From NCBI GenBank assembly GCA_964430265.1, contig CAYSEI010000002.1:141209-205208 (forward strand): a DNA stretch of 64,000 nucleotides, in the 5' to 3' direction. The translations under genes and the position numbers were made by a program. The DNA comes from an uncultured Pseudomonadales bacterium (GTDB taxonomy: Bacteria; Patescibacteriota; Microgenomatia; UBA1400; CAYXSR01). How positions within the stretch are numbered: position 1 is the stretch's first letter; the number at the start of each line of letters is the position of its first letter. Below the pieces are notes generated by a model. The model had not been told where the DNA came from and made no database searches. It saw only the letters and a program-made list of their open reading frames with translations. Positions 21,840 through 31,786 of the stretch are shown one piece after another.

Positions 21840-21913
21840 TCGGGGCGACTGGACTTGAACCAGCGACCTTGCGCACCCCATGCGCACGCGCTATCCATCT
21901 GCGCCACGCCCCG
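21840..21913 (-). tRNA. tRNA-Pro(GGG), CCA not encoded
   Basis: Cloverleaf: acceptor CGGGGCG/CGCCCCG, anticodon arm TGCGC-ATGGGGT-GCGCA, T-loop TTCAAGT. Confidence 0.96.
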
Positions 21914-21986
21914 TGTATAACTTGTATTTTACCATATATTATGAGAGAATTTAAAAGTAGATATAGTTAAAAATACAGGAGGAAAA

Positions 21987-23051
21987 ATGGCAAAAAAGAA
22001 GAAATCTTCAAAAACGAAAGATCCCAAGCAAGAAGCAGTAAAAATGGCAATGGAGCAAATAAAAAAAGAATATGGTAAAGGTTCGATTATGAAACTGGGT
22101 GAAAAAACAGACATTGATGTTGATGCGATTTCTACCGGTTGTCTGCCTTTGGATATTGCTTTAGGAGTAGGTGGAATTCCCCGTTCAAGAATTTCAGAAA
22201 TTTATGGACCGGAAGCATCGGGCAAAACAACTTTAGCGCTTCACATAATTGCAGAAGCGCAAAAAGAGGGTGGTTCAGTTGCTTTTATTGACGCAGAGCA
22301 TGCGCTAGATCCGCGCAGGGCTGAAACTATTGGAGTTAACCTAGATGAACTCTTGGTTTCCCAACCGGATACCGGAGAACAAGCCTTAGAAATTGCGGAA
22401 ACTTTGATCCGTTCTAATGCTTTAGATATAGTTGTAATTGATTCTGTTGCAGCTTTAACTCCACGCGCAGAGATTGAGGGCGAAATGGGTGATGCACAAG
22501 TTGGTGTACAGGCTAGATTAATGAGCCAGGCAATGCGAAAACTTTCTGGGGCAATCTCCAAATCCAAAACAGCTATGATTTTTACCAACCAGATCAGAAT
22601 GAAGATTGGAATACTTTTTGGTAATCCGGAAACTACTCCAGGAGGAAAAGCACTCAAATTTTATTCATCAATAAGAATTGATATGCGTAAAAAAGGGAAT
22701 ATTAAAGATAACCAGGGAAAAGTTATTGGTTCCCACCACCGTGCAAAAGTAGTTAAAAATAAGGTTGCACCCCCTTTCAGAGAAGCTGAGTTTGATATTA
22801 TGAATGTTGGTGGAATTTCTCACAGTTCCGATGTTTTAACTGTCGGAGAAGAGTTGGAAATTATTGAAAGGGCAGGGTCCTATTACAGATACAAAGATGA
22901 AGTTATTGCACAGGGTAAAGATGCAGCACAGGAAGCTCTTGAAGAAGATTCAAAATTAATGAAGGAAATAGAGAAAAAAATCTGGAATAAAGTGGAAGAA
23001 GAAACAAAACCCAAGAAAAAGAAGAAAAAAAGTAAAAAGAAATCTTCCTGA
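21987..23051 (+). CDS. recA: Recombinase RecA
   Basis: [30 protein letters not shown]. Confidence 0.99.
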   Translation: MAKKKKSSKTKDPKQEAVKMAMEQIKKEYGKGSIMKLGEKTDIDVDAISTGCLPLDIALGVGGIPRSRISEIYGPEASGKTTLALHIIAEAQKEGGSVAFIDAEHALDPRRAETIGVNLDELLVSQPDTGEQALEIAETLIRSNALDIVVIDSVAALTPRAEIEGEMGDAQVGVQARLMSQAMRKLSGAISKSKTAMIFTNQIRMKIGILFGNPETTPGGKALKFYSSIRIDMRKKGNIKDNQGKVIGSHHRAKVVKNKVAPPFREAEFDIMNVGGISHSSDVLTVGEELEIIERAGSYYRYKDEVIAQGKDAAQEALEEDSKLMKEIEKKIWNKVEEETKPKKKKKKSKKKSS

Positions 23052-23064
23052 GGCAAAATAAAAG

Positions 23065-23535
23065 GTGAACTCGGAAGAATTTGATAAGTTTTTAAAAAAA
23101 GCTTCCCGATATTTATCATATCGTCCACGATCTGAAAATGAAGTTTTCTGGTATTTAAAGAAAAAAGGTTGTTCAGAGAATATAATTGAAAAGGTTATGC
23201 AAAAACTGAAGAAGAATGAACTTCTTGGAGACGAAGATTTTGCTGATTGGTGGATTGAACAGCGTTTAACATTTAAACCCCGAGGTAGAAGAGCGCTGAA
23301 AAATGAGCTTTACAAAAAAGGTTTATCCAGAAAACTGATTAATAAAAAAGTAGCAGAGATTAGTAAAAAAGAACTTAAAAAAGCAGCAGAAAAAGTGGTT
23401 GAAAAAAGAAACTATAAATGGAAAAAACTAAAAAAATTGGAACAGAAAAAAAAGATTTACGCTTATCTTTCCAGACGGGGTTTTAATTACTCAGTAATCA
23501 ATTCTATTATTGAAAAATATGTCCAAAGCGAGTAA
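23065..23535 (+). CDS. recX: RecX regulatory protein
   Basis: YLSYRPRSE, EL.KKG, YLSRRGF; downstream of recA. Confidence 0.93.
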   Translation: MNSEEFDKFLKKASRYLSYRPRSENEVFWYLKKKGCSENIIEKVMQKLKKNELLGDEDFADWWIEQRLTFKPRGRRALKNELYKKGLSRKLINKKVAEISKKELKKAAEKVVEKRNYKWKKLKKLEQKKKIYAYLSRRGFNYSVINSIIEKYVQSE

Positions 23536-23538
23536 AAT
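23510..23538 (+). promoter_or_regulatory. Sigma70 promoter for rny
   Basis: TTGAAA-17 bp-TAAAAT. Confidence 0.6.
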
Positions 23539-23544
23539 GAATCT

Positions 23545-23700
23545 AGTGATAGTCAACATTGGATATATAAATTTTATTACGCAAATATCAAAAATACATA
23601 CCGAGGAAATACTCCGGTATGCTCAAAATTGTTGATACATCACTTCACTTAAGTTATAAATTTTGAGTAACAGTTATGGGTATAAACGTACTACAAGGAG
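23545..23700 (+). promoter_or_regulatory. Structured 5' leader of rny
   Basis: agtgat..tcaaca/tgttga..atcact outer stem; cataccgag/ctc-cggtatg hairpin; alternative ctcaaaatt/aattttgag pairing. Confidence 0.55.
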
Positions 23701-23706
23701 GCATAT

Positions 23707-25218
23707 ATGTCGTTTTTTCAAGATTTACTAAATTTATTATCAGGTTCTGCCAAAGAAACTGATAAAAAAGAGAAGCAAACTCCCGAGCATAAAATTTTCC
23801 AAGAAGAAGTTGTCAAAAAAGCGCAGGAAAAATCAGAGAAGATAATCAATAATGCTAAAAAAGAGGCAGAGGAAATAAAGAACAAAAGTAAAAAAGAGGC
23901 CAAGGAAGAAGTTAAAGATATTAGGGTAGAGGTTGACGAAGAAAAAAAAAGATTGGATAAAAAGGAAGCAGAAATTGACCGTAAAATAGGAGCTTTAGAA
24001 GAAAGAGTAAAGCTGGCAAGAGAACAAGAAGAGAAAATAAAAAAGCAAAAAGACGAGATTCAGGAAATTAAAAAAAAGCAGCTTGAAAAACTAGAAAGAG
24101 CGGCAAATTTAAGCACAAATGAAGCCAGGGAATTAATTCTTCAAGCAACAGAAAAGAAACTTCAAGGAGAAATTATTAGAAGAATAAAAGAAGCAGAAGA
24201 GTCTGTAAAGGAAAAAGCTGATGAAAAAGCAAAAGAAATTTTAGTAAATGCGATGAGGCATGGTGCAACAGATTATGTTCCCGAATATACAGTTTCATCT
24301 ATTCAATTACCCAATGAAGATATGAAAGGAAGAATAATTGGTAAAGGAGGAAGAAATATTCGTGTTTTTGAGAAAGTCACAGGAGTGGATGTTGATTTGG
24401 ATGAAGAAGAAGTGATTATGATATCTTCTTTTGACTCAGTAAGAAGGGAAATTGCTAAAGTTGCATTGGAAAAATTAATTGCAGACGGAAGAATCCAACC
24501 TTCAAGAATTGAAGAAACTGTGCAAAAAACAAGAGAAGAAATTGAAAGAATAATGCATAAAGAGGGAGAAAAGCTTTGCCATCAGGTAAAGGTCTATAAT
24601 TTACCCAAAGCTGTGGTTGACAAATTGGGTTGTTTTAAGTATCGTTTTTCTTACGGACAAAATATGATTTCCCATACGTTAGAAGAAACTAAGATTGGTG
24701 TTGCGCTAGCGCATGAAGTAGGAGCAGATGTCAATATAGTCAGGATAGGTTGTTTATTGCATGATATTGGCAAAGTGATAACTGATAAGGAAGGCAGCCA
24801 TGTTGAATTGGGAGTAGAATTTTTAAAGAAATTTAACATACCAAAAGCAGTGATTGAATGTGTTGCAGAACATCATGAAGACAAACCTTTTTCTTCACTT
24901 GAATCAATGTTAGTATATATAGCGGATGCCATTTCTGGTTCAAGACCAGGGGCACGCTACGAAGATTATGAAGGATATGTAGAAAGATTAGAAGGTTTGG
25001 AAGAAGCAGCAAACAGTTTTGAAGGTGTAAAACAAGCTTTTGCAATACAAGCTGGCAGAGAAGTAAGAGTAATAGTTGATCCGGATAAATTAACAGATGA
25101 AGAAGCAGTTAAACTGTCACATTCCTTAAAAGAAAAAATTGAAAATGAATTGACTTATCCAGGACAAGTGAAAGTTAATGTAATAAGAGAGTTAAGAGCA
25201 ACGCAGACGGCGAAATAA
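23707..25218 (+). CDS. rny: Ribonuclease Y
   Basis: Coiled coil, KH domain (KGRIIGKGGRNIR), HD domain (LHDIGK), ADAISGSRPGAR. Confidence 0.98.
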   Translation: MSFFQDLLNLLSGSAKETDKKEKQTPEHKIFQEEVVKKAQEKSEKIINNAKKEAEEIKNKSKKEAKEEVKDIRVEVDEEKKRLDKKEAEIDRKIGALEERVKLAREQEEKIKKQKDEIQEIKKKQLEKLERAANLSTNEARELILQATEKKLQGEIIRRIKEAEESVKEKADEKAKEILVNAMRHGATDYVPEYTVSSIQLPNEDMKGRIIGKGGRNIRVFEKVTGVDVDLDEEEVIMISSFDSVRREIAKVALEKLIADGRIQPSRIEETVQKTREEIERIMHKEGEKLCHQVKVYNLPKAVVDKLGCFKYRFSYGQNMISHTLEETKIGVALAHEVGADVNIVRIGCLLHDIGKVITDKEGSHVELGVEFLKKFNIPKAVIECVAEHHEDKPFSSLESMLVYIADAISGSRPGARYEDYEGYVERLEGLEEAANSFEGVKQAFAIQAGREVRVIVDPDKLTDEEAVKLSHSLKEKIENELTYPGQVKVNVIRELRATQTAK

Positions 25219-25250
25219 AGTTGTTAGGAATGAAAGGAGGTGTGTAGAGA

Positions 25251-25526
25251 ATGAAAACATCGGAATTAGTAGATGTGGTTGCAAAAAAAGCCCATCTAAC
25301 CAAAAAAGCGTCTAAAGAGGCAATTGATGTAATATTTGATGAGATTGCCAGAGTGCTGAAAAGAGGTGAAAAGGTGAATATCTGGGGTTTTGGAACCTTT
25401 GAAGTTAAGAAGGTTAAAGCCAAAAAAGGCAGAAAAAGCCCGGAAGATCCAACACCTGTAATTCATCCGGCACACCGAGTGGTAAGGTTCAAAGTTTCCA
25501 AGAACTTGAAAGAAGACGTTAAATAA
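25251..25526 (+). CDS. hup: HU-family DNA-binding protein
   Basis: GEKVNIWGFGTF..F.VSK.LK. Confidence 0.92.
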   Translation: MKTSELVDVVAKKAHLTKKASKEAIDVIFDEIARVLKRGEKVNIWGFGTFEVKKVKAKKGRKSPEDPTPVIHPAHRVVRFKVSKNLKEDVK

Positions 25527-25548
25527 AAATTGGAACGGAAACCTTAAG

Positions 25549-26532
25549 ATGAATACAGTTACAGTTTCTAATTTAAAACGCTATTATCGCGTTCATAAAA
25601 AGGAAGCTGGCTTGTTAAATTCTATTAAATCCTTAATTAAAAGGGATTATAAAACAGTGGAAGCTGTTGATGATATTTCTTTCTCAATTAAGGAAGGAGA
25701 GCTAGTAGGGTTTATTGGCCCTAACGGTGCTGGTAAAACAACAACATTAAAGTGCTTGTCAGGGCTTTTATACCCTACTAGCGGAGAAGTTAATGTTCTT
25801 AATTATGACCCCTGGAATAGAAAAGATGCGTTTCTTAAGCAAATTGCATTAGTAATGGGACAGAAAAATCAGCTTTGGTGGGATCTTCCTCCAACAGAAA
25901 CTTTTTTATTGAATAAGGAAATATATGAAATATCCGATGAAGAATACAAAAAATCTTTAGATGAGTTGGTGAAATTATTGGATGTTAAAGATATTTTGGA
26001 TGTTCAAGTAAGAAAAATGTCTCTAGGACAACGGATGAAATGTGAACTGATTGCTGCTCTACTTCATTCACCTAAAGTTCTATTTCTTGATGAACCAACG
26101 ATTGGATTAGATGTTGTAATGCAAAAAAAAGTCAGGGAGTTTATTAAAATTTACAATAAGCGGCACAAAGCAACTATCTTGTTAACGTCTCATTACATGA
26201 GTGATGTTAAAGAACTTTGTGATCGTGTGATTATAATTGATAAAGGAAATATTGTTTTTGACGGAAAGCTGACTGAAATAGTACAAAGATATGCTGATCA
26301 CAAATTAATAAAAATAAACCTGAGTGAGCAAGTTGAAGAAGAAAAGCTTGCAAAAATTGCAGAGATAAAAGAGTATGATTATCCCACAGTTATCTTAAAA
26401 GTTAAAAGAAGTGTTAGCTCTTTAGCTGCTGCGGAGCTTTTAAAGAATTTTCCAATTGCAGACTTAAACATTGAAGAAGTAGCTATTGAAGACATCATCA
26501 GAGAAGTCTTTACCGGTGAAGATGAAGCTTAA
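25549..26532 (+). CDS. ABC transporter ATP-binding protein
   Basis: GPNGAGKTT, GQKNQLWWDLP, SLGQRM, DEPTIGLD. Confidence 0.95.
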   Translation: MNTVTVSNLKRYYRVHKKEAGLLNSIKSLIKRDYKTVEAVDDISFSIKEGELVGFIGPNGAGKTTTLKCLSGLLYPTSGEVNVLNYDPWNRKDAFLKQIALVMGQKNQLWWDLPPTETFLLNKEIYEISDEEYKKSLDELVKLLDVKDILDVQVRKMSLGQRMKCELIAALLHSPKVLFLDEPTIGLDVVMQKKVREFIKIYNKRHKATILLTSHYMSDVKELCDRVIIIDKGNIVFDGKLTEIVQRYADHKLIKINLSEQVEEEKLAKIAEIKEYDYPTVILKVKRSVSSLAAAELLKNFPIADLNIEEVAIEDIIREVFTGEDEA

Positions 26533-27340
26533 AAAAAAGAATTTTAGTAAATATCTCCAGATATTTAAGATTACTTGGCAGAATATTTTTGTTTACCGCA
26601 TTAATTTTTTTGTTTGGCGACTGCGTTCCCTTATTACATTTCTGGGTATCTATTTTTTTTGGGAGGCGATATATTTTTATAATGATTCTATTGGACCATA
26701 TAAAAGCCGAGAAATGTTAACATATATCCTACTGAGTTCTTTATTACAAAGTTTAGTACTTTCTTCAAGGACTCCCCAAATGGGGAGTGATATAAGCAGG
26801 GGAACTCTGAGCAAACACTTAATGCAGCCTTTTAAATATTTAAGAAAACTATTTTTTATTGATGTTGCTGACAAGGCAGCTAATGTTTTCTTTTTGATTT
26901 TTGAATTAAGCGGAATTTTTCTAATTTTAAAACCACCTTTTATAGTACAAAATAATATCTTAAATTTATTAAGCTTTTTTGTAGCTATGTTTTTAAGCCT
27001 TTTGCTTTTCTATTATATGAGTTTAGTAATTGGTTTATTAACTTTCTGGTATCCGGAAAATCATGGTTGGCCGATGCGATTTCTTTTTAATGTCAGTAAC
27101 CGATTTTTGTCCGGTAGTTATGTGCCTTTAAATGTACTTCCTTCTTTTCTAGGGTTTTTACAATTTTTTCCCTCTGCATTTTTAATTTATTTCCCTTTAC
27201 AAGTATATCTAGGAAAGTTATCACAAGCAGAAATATTTGCAGGATTGGGATTAATGCTGATTTGGATTTTATTACTAAAGTTTTTTAGCAGATATATGTG
27301 GAATAAAGGACTTAAAAATTATACGGCGGCAGGAATATGA
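26522..27340 (+). CDS. ABC-2 family permease
   Basis: Multi-TM, YRINF, SGSYVPL, C-terminal YTAAG; start taken at ATG 26522. Confidence 0.88.
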   Translation: MKLKKKNFSKYLQIFKITWQNIFVYRINFFVWRLRSLITFLGIYFFWEAIYFYNDSIGPYKSREMLTYILLSSLLQSLVLSSRTPQMGSDISRGTLSKHLMQPFKYLRKLFFIDVADKAANVFFLIFELSGIFLILKPPFIVQNNILNLLSFFVAMFLSLLLFYYMSLVIGLLTFWYPENHGWPMRFLFNVSNRFLSGSYVPLNVLPSFLGFLQFFPSAFLIYFPLQVYLGKLSQAEIFAGLGLMLIWILLLKFFSRYMWNKGLKNYTAAGI

Positions 27341-28110
27341 AAAAATATATTAAAGTTTGGCTAAAAACAGCTTTGCTTTCTTTACAAAACAGTTTGGTAA
27401 GCCCAGGGGCTTCTTTGATGTTTATTCTGGGGAAATTTGTCCGTTTCTTTTTTTATATTATTGCTTTAACAGCAGTTTTTGGAGAAAAAAAGACAGTTGG
27501 AGGATATGATTTGAACACCATAATAAACTTTTATTTAATATACAACTTATTGGATTCTTTTGGACAAATATTTTTCCGAGGTATTTATTGGTTTCGTAAT
27601 AAAGTGGTGTCTGGAAGATTTGACTTGGACTTGGTTAAGCCTGTAAATCCCTTGTTTCAAGCGTTAACGCATCATACAGACATTTTGGATATTCCTTTGT
27701 TTTTTGTAGTAATTGGGATGTTGATGTGGAGAAACTGGGGAATTTCTATTGCAAGTTTTTTTGTTTTTATACTAACAACGATTTTAGGGTTTTTAATTAT
27801 TACAGCGATTCATATTTTAGTTGCATCTTTGGGTGTTTTGACTACTGAAGTTGACCATGCAATTTGGGTATATCGTGATCTCTCAACATTAGCAAGGGTG
27901 CCGGTGGATATTTATAACTCAAAGGTGCGTTTTGTACTGACATATATTCTACCAATTGCAGTAATTTTTACTTTTCCTGCCAAGAGCTTGATGGGAATTT
28001 TGCAACCCCGATATATTATAATAAGTACAATAATTAGTTTTTTATTTTTTACAGGTTCATTAGTTATCTGGAAAAAGTCACTTAGAAGTTATTCAAGTGC
28101 ATCTAGTTAA
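27337..28110 (+). CDS. ABC-2 family permease, second subunit
   Basis: Multi-TM, GRFD..LVKP, C-terminal YSSASS. Confidence 0.88.
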   Translation: MKKYIKVWLKTALLSLQNSLVSPGASLMFILGKFVRFFFYIIALTAVFGEKKTVGGYDLNTIINFYLIYNLLDSFGQIFFRGIYWFRNKVVSGRFDLDLVKPVNPLFQALTHHTDILDIPLFFVVIGMLMWRNWGISIASFFVFILTTILGFLIITAIHILVASLGVLTTEVDHAIWVYRDLSTLARVPVDIYNSKVRFVLTYILPIAVIFTFPAKSLMGILQPRYIIISTIISFLFFTGSLVIWKKSLRSYSSASS

Positions 28111-28154
28111 AAAAGCTTGAAATTTTTTTAAAAATTTTGTAATTTAAAATATGT

Positions 28155-28853
28155 ATGATCGAATTTAAAAACGTAAGTAAAAACTTTGGTAAAGTAAAAG
28201 CCTTAAAAAAAATTGACTTGCAAATTAAAAAAGGTCAAATTGTTGGACTTCTTGGTCCAAACGGTGCAGGAAAAACAACTGCTATGCGGATCCTTATGGG
28301 TATTCTTAAACCCAGTAAAGGTCAAGTATTTATTAATGGGAAGCTTGTTCAAGAAAACTTAGTGGAAGTTAAGAAAAAAATTGGCTATTTACCCGAAGAC
28401 AATCCGCTTTATAAAGATTTTAAGATTTATGAGTATCTTTTTTTTATTGCACAAGCTAAAGGAATTAATAAGATTGAAGAACAAATAAATAAGGTGGCTA
28501 AAGAAACAAGCATAAGCAGTGAAATTTCACGAAAAATTGATCATCTGTCTAAAGGATATAGACAAAGAGTAGGTCTGGCAGCTGCTTTACTAGGAAATCC
28601 GGAAGTTTTAGTATTGGATGAACCAACAGTGGGATTGGATCCAAACCAAATAGCGGAAATAAGAAATCTTATTAAAGACTTGGCTAAAAAAAAGACTGTG
28701 ATTTTTTCAAGCCATATACTTTCTGAAGTAAAACAAACATGTGAAGAAGTTGTAATTATTCATCAAGGTGAAATTGTTAAATCGGGTAATTTAAAGAAAA
28801 TAACCCAAGAAAGAAGTCTAGAAGAAATTTTTCAATCATTAACAAAATCATGA
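28155..28853 (+). CDS. ABC ATP-binding protein (GldA-like)
   Basis: GPNGAGKTT, GYLPEDNPLY, LSKGYRQRVG, GLDPNQI. Confidence 0.93.
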   Translation: MIEFKNVSKNFGKVKALKKIDLQIKKGQIVGLLGPNGAGKTTAMRILMGILKPSKGQVFINGKLVQENLVEVKKKIGYLPEDNPLYKDFKIYEYLFFIAQAKGINKIEEQINKVAKETSISSEISRKIDHLSKGYRQRVGLAAALLGNPEVLVLDEPTVGLDPNQIAEIRNLIKDLAKKKTVIFSSHILSEVKQTCEEVVIIHQGEIVKSGNLKKITQERSLEEIFQSLTKS

Positions 28854-29560
28854 AAAAATTTAAAGCATTAGTTCAAAAAGAACTTTATCATTTATTTCAT
28901 TCACCGGTTGCGTGGATATTTGCAGTATTATTTTTACTTTTAAATAATTTCTTTTATTTTAACAATGTTTTTTTAATTGGACAGGCAACAATGCGTCCGT
29001 ATTTTACTAATCTTTCACTAATTCTCTTGTTTTTTGTTGCAGCAGCAGAGATGAGTGCTTTCAGCGAAGAAAAAAAGAGTAAAACTTTAGAAATTCTTTT
29101 AAGCTTGCCTGTTAAAAAATGGCAGATTGCAATATCTAAACTACTTTCTTTTATTATCTTTTTTACTGCTGTTTTATTTTTTACTTTGTCTATCCCCGTA
29201 ACTTTGTTTTTAATTGGTAATCCAGATATTGGACCAATAATATCAGGATATTTAGGAACACTGCTTTTAGCAGGTTTTTATGCGAGTGTTGGAATATACA
29301 TCTCGACTTTTTTCAAAGAACAAGTAATTACTGCATTAATAACCGGTCTGGTTTTATTTACACTTCATATATTGGGTCAGAATTTTATCTTAGAAAGAGT
29401 TTCTTTCCAATTACAATATATACTTTCATTTATAAGTCCCAACACGCACTTTCTTAATTTTGCAAAAGGAGTTATTGATATTGGAGATCTGGTATATTTT
29501 CTTTCCGCCAAGGCAATCCTTGTCTGGCTGACTATTAAAAATATTGGATTTAATAAATAA
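28850..29560 (+). CDS. ABC permease (GldF-like)
   Basis: F.SPVAW, EEKKSKTLEILLSLP, F.KGVID. Confidence 0.88.
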   Translation: MKKFKALVQKELYHLFHSPVAWIFAVLFLLLNNFFYFNNVFLIGQATMRPYFTNLSLILLFFVAAAEMSAFSEEKKSKTLEILLSLPVKKWQIAISKLLSFIIFFTAVLFFTLSIPVTLFLIGNPDIGPIISGYLGTLLLAGFYASVGIYISTFFKEQVITALITGLVLFTLHILGQNFILERVSFQLQYILSFISPNTHFLNFAKGVIDIGDLVYFLSAKAILVWLTIKNIGFNK

Positions 29561-31138
29561 ATGGAAATAAAACAAAAAATAGTTGAATTTATAAAAGAAT
29601 ATAAAACATACTTAATTATTGCAGTTCTGTTTGTAATCAACTTTTTATTGTATAACTATACTTTAAAAATAGATTTAACAGCTAAAGATACATATACGCT
29701 TTCTGCAGTAAGTAAAGAAAAGCTTAAAGAACTAGATGATATTGTTAATATAAAAGTGTATGCTTCAGAAGATCTTCCGGCACAATACTTACAAGTAAAG
29801 CAATATCTGAGAGACGTTTTAAGAGATTATCAATTTATTTCGCAAGGAAAAGTAAGAGTTCAATGGATTAATCCGGGAGAAGACGAAGAATTAATTCAGG
29901 AGGCACAAAGGCTTGGCATCCCCCAATTGCAATTTCAAGATATTCAGCAAGATCAGTTACAGGTAACTAAAGGATTTTTGGGTGTAGCAATTGTTTATGA
30001 AGACCAAGCAGAGGTGATTCCTTTAGTTGAATCTACCCGCGACTTGGAATACCAATTGACTTCTAAAATATATAAACTTACGCGTGATAAAGATCCACGG
30101 ATTGCCTTTACCACAGGACATGGAGAAAGAACAATTAATCCAGTATCTGTTCAAGGAGAACTTGCCACAGAAGAAATACTAGCAAAAAAAGTTTTAGGTG
30201 AGGAATTTGAAGTAAGTGATTTCTCAATTTCCACTGAATCAGCTCAACTTGTTCCGGATAATTATTCCAGTCTAGTTGTGATGGGGCCCACAAAGAAATT
30301 TGATAATAATAGCAAATATGTTCTTGACCAGTTTTTAATGCAAGGTAAACCAATTGCGTTTTTACTTGATTCTTATGAAGTAACTAATAATCTGATACCA
30401 ACAGAAACAAATCACAATCTAAATGAAATGTTAAAAAATTATGGAATCGAAGTCAAAAACAGTTTGGTTTTAGATCAAAGCAATGAAATTGCCAATTTCA
30501 ATAATGGTCAGACAATGACGCTTTCCCCATATCCTTACTGGGTAAAATCAGTAAAACAAAATATGAATGAAGAGTTTCCGGTTACACAGGGGCTGCAAAA
30601 AATTGTTTTTCCCTGGGTTTCTCCTTTAGAATACGATGAGCAAAATCAGGACATTAAAGGATTGGTTTTTTCCTCAAAAAATTCATGGAAAAAAACTGGG
30701 AATATTGATCTTAATCCTTTTCAAAGCTTTATTCCAAAATCAGAAGGAAGTAAACCGTTGGCTGCAGTGCTCGAAGGCAATCTGACCAGTTTTTTTGCAG
30801 ATAAAGATAAGCCGGAAGTTTTTGAGGCGGAAAAAGTAAATTCAACGGAAAACGGTAAAATGGCAGTTGTTGGAGATTCTGATTTTATTAGGGAAGGAAT
30901 TGTTCAGAGGTCTCCACAAAATTTACACTTTTTTGTTAATTTAATTGAGTATTTGACTCTGGGTGAGGGTTTATCAAAAATCAGGGTAAAATCAGAAGAC
31001 ATCCGTCCCTTAATTGAATTATCAAGTCAAAAAAGGCAAGTTTATAAATATGTAAATATGTTAGGAATGCCAATTTTAATAGGCTTGCTGGGGTTTGCTT
31101 ATCTTTACTATCAAAACAAAAAAGAATATAAATTATGA
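29561..31138 (+). CDS. ABC auxiliary component (GldG-like)
   Basis: DLT..YTLS, LEYQLTS, GHGE, VVGDSDF, C-terminal TM. Confidence 0.88.
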   Translation: MEIKQKIVEFIKEYKTYLIIAVLFVINFLLYNYTLKIDLTAKDTYTLSAVSKEKLKELDDIVNIKVYASEDLPAQYLQVKQYLRDVLRDYQFISQGKVRVQWINPGEDEELIQEAQRLGIPQLQFQDIQQDQLQVTKGFLGVAIVYEDQAEVIPLVESTRDLEYQLTSKIYKLTRDKDPRIAFTTGHGERTINPVSVQGELATEEILAKKVLGEEFEVSDFSISTESAQLVPDNYSSLVVMGPTKKFDNNSKYVLDQFLMQGKPIAFLLDSYEVTNNLIPTETNHNLNEMLKNYGIEVKNSLVLDQSNEIANFNNGQTMTLSPYPYWVKSVKQNMNEEFPVTQGLQKIVFPWVSPLEYDEQNQDIKGLVFSSKNSWKKTGNIDLNPFQSFIPKSEGSKPLAAVLEGNLTSFFADKDKPEVFEAEKVNSTENGKMAVVGDSDFIREGIVQRSPQNLHFFVNLIEYLTLGEGLSKIRVKSEDIRPLIELSSQKRQVYKYVNMLGMPILIGLLGFAYLYYQNKKEYKL

Positions 31139-31713
31139 ATAAAAACACAAAAATTCTTCTGATAATTTTAATCATGGTAATCAGCGGGCTTTTTATTTTT
31201 AAAAGAGGATTAGTCCCAAAAGATGTAAATCCCTTAAATCAAGAGAAAGAACTTTTATTTTCTGGTTTAGATATTGATAAAATTGATCAGATTATTATAA
31301 AACAAAATAATGAAGAAACAGTTTTACAAAAAAAAGCAGATGAATGGCAAAGAAAGGAAGCAACCAAATCAGCTGAGAAAAATAAAATAGAGACCCTTTT
31401 ACAAATCGTAAAAGACATGGAAAAACAAGAGCTTGCATCTCAAAATTCAGATAAAAGAGATGTTTATCAGGTAACTGAAAATGCAATACAAGTCATTTTG
31501 AAATCAGGAGACCAAGAAGCAGTAAATTTTTATATTGGCAAAAGAGGTCCGGATTTTCTTTCCACATATGTACGTAAAAAAGATTCTGATAATGTCTGGT
31601 TAATTAAAAAAGCGCTTGAACCTATTTTTGAGCCAGATACTTGGGAGTCAGAAACTTCTTTAGAAAAGCTGGAAGAAAGTACTCCAGCTGCAGAATTGGT
31701 TCCCAACAATTAA
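31135..31713 (+). CDS. Membrane-anchored protein, DUF4340-like
   Basis: N-terminal TM, IGK..TYVR; usual position after gldG-like genes. Confidence 0.7.
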   Translation: MNKNTKILLIILIMVISGLFIFKRGLVPKDVNPLNQEKELLFSGLDIDKIDQIIIKQNNEETVLQKKADEWQRKEATKSAEKNKIETLLQIVKDMEKQELASQNSDKRDVYQVTENAIQVILKSGDQEAVNFYIGKRGPDFLSTYVRKKDSDNVWLIKKALEPIFEPDTWESETSLEKLEESTPAAELVPNN

Positions 31714-31786
31714 TAATAGAGGGGAAAATTAAAGAAAGCTCCCTTATTTATATACCCGGAAAATATTGGTATAATATTAATGTTTT

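Larger units (their letters stand above)
18676..21840. mobile_element. Putative degraded islet integrated at the 3' end of tRNA-Pro
   Basis: Left edge ttgtcgcggtactggac resembles the tRNA 3' end ttgtcggggcgactggac; cargo is a self-contained PadR/ABC operon; no intact integrase. Confidence 0.4.

Noticed and set aside
28155-31713. Gliding-motility system
   Set aside because: GldA/F/G-like ABC modules are widespread in non-gliding bacteria, and no other gld or T9SS genes are present.
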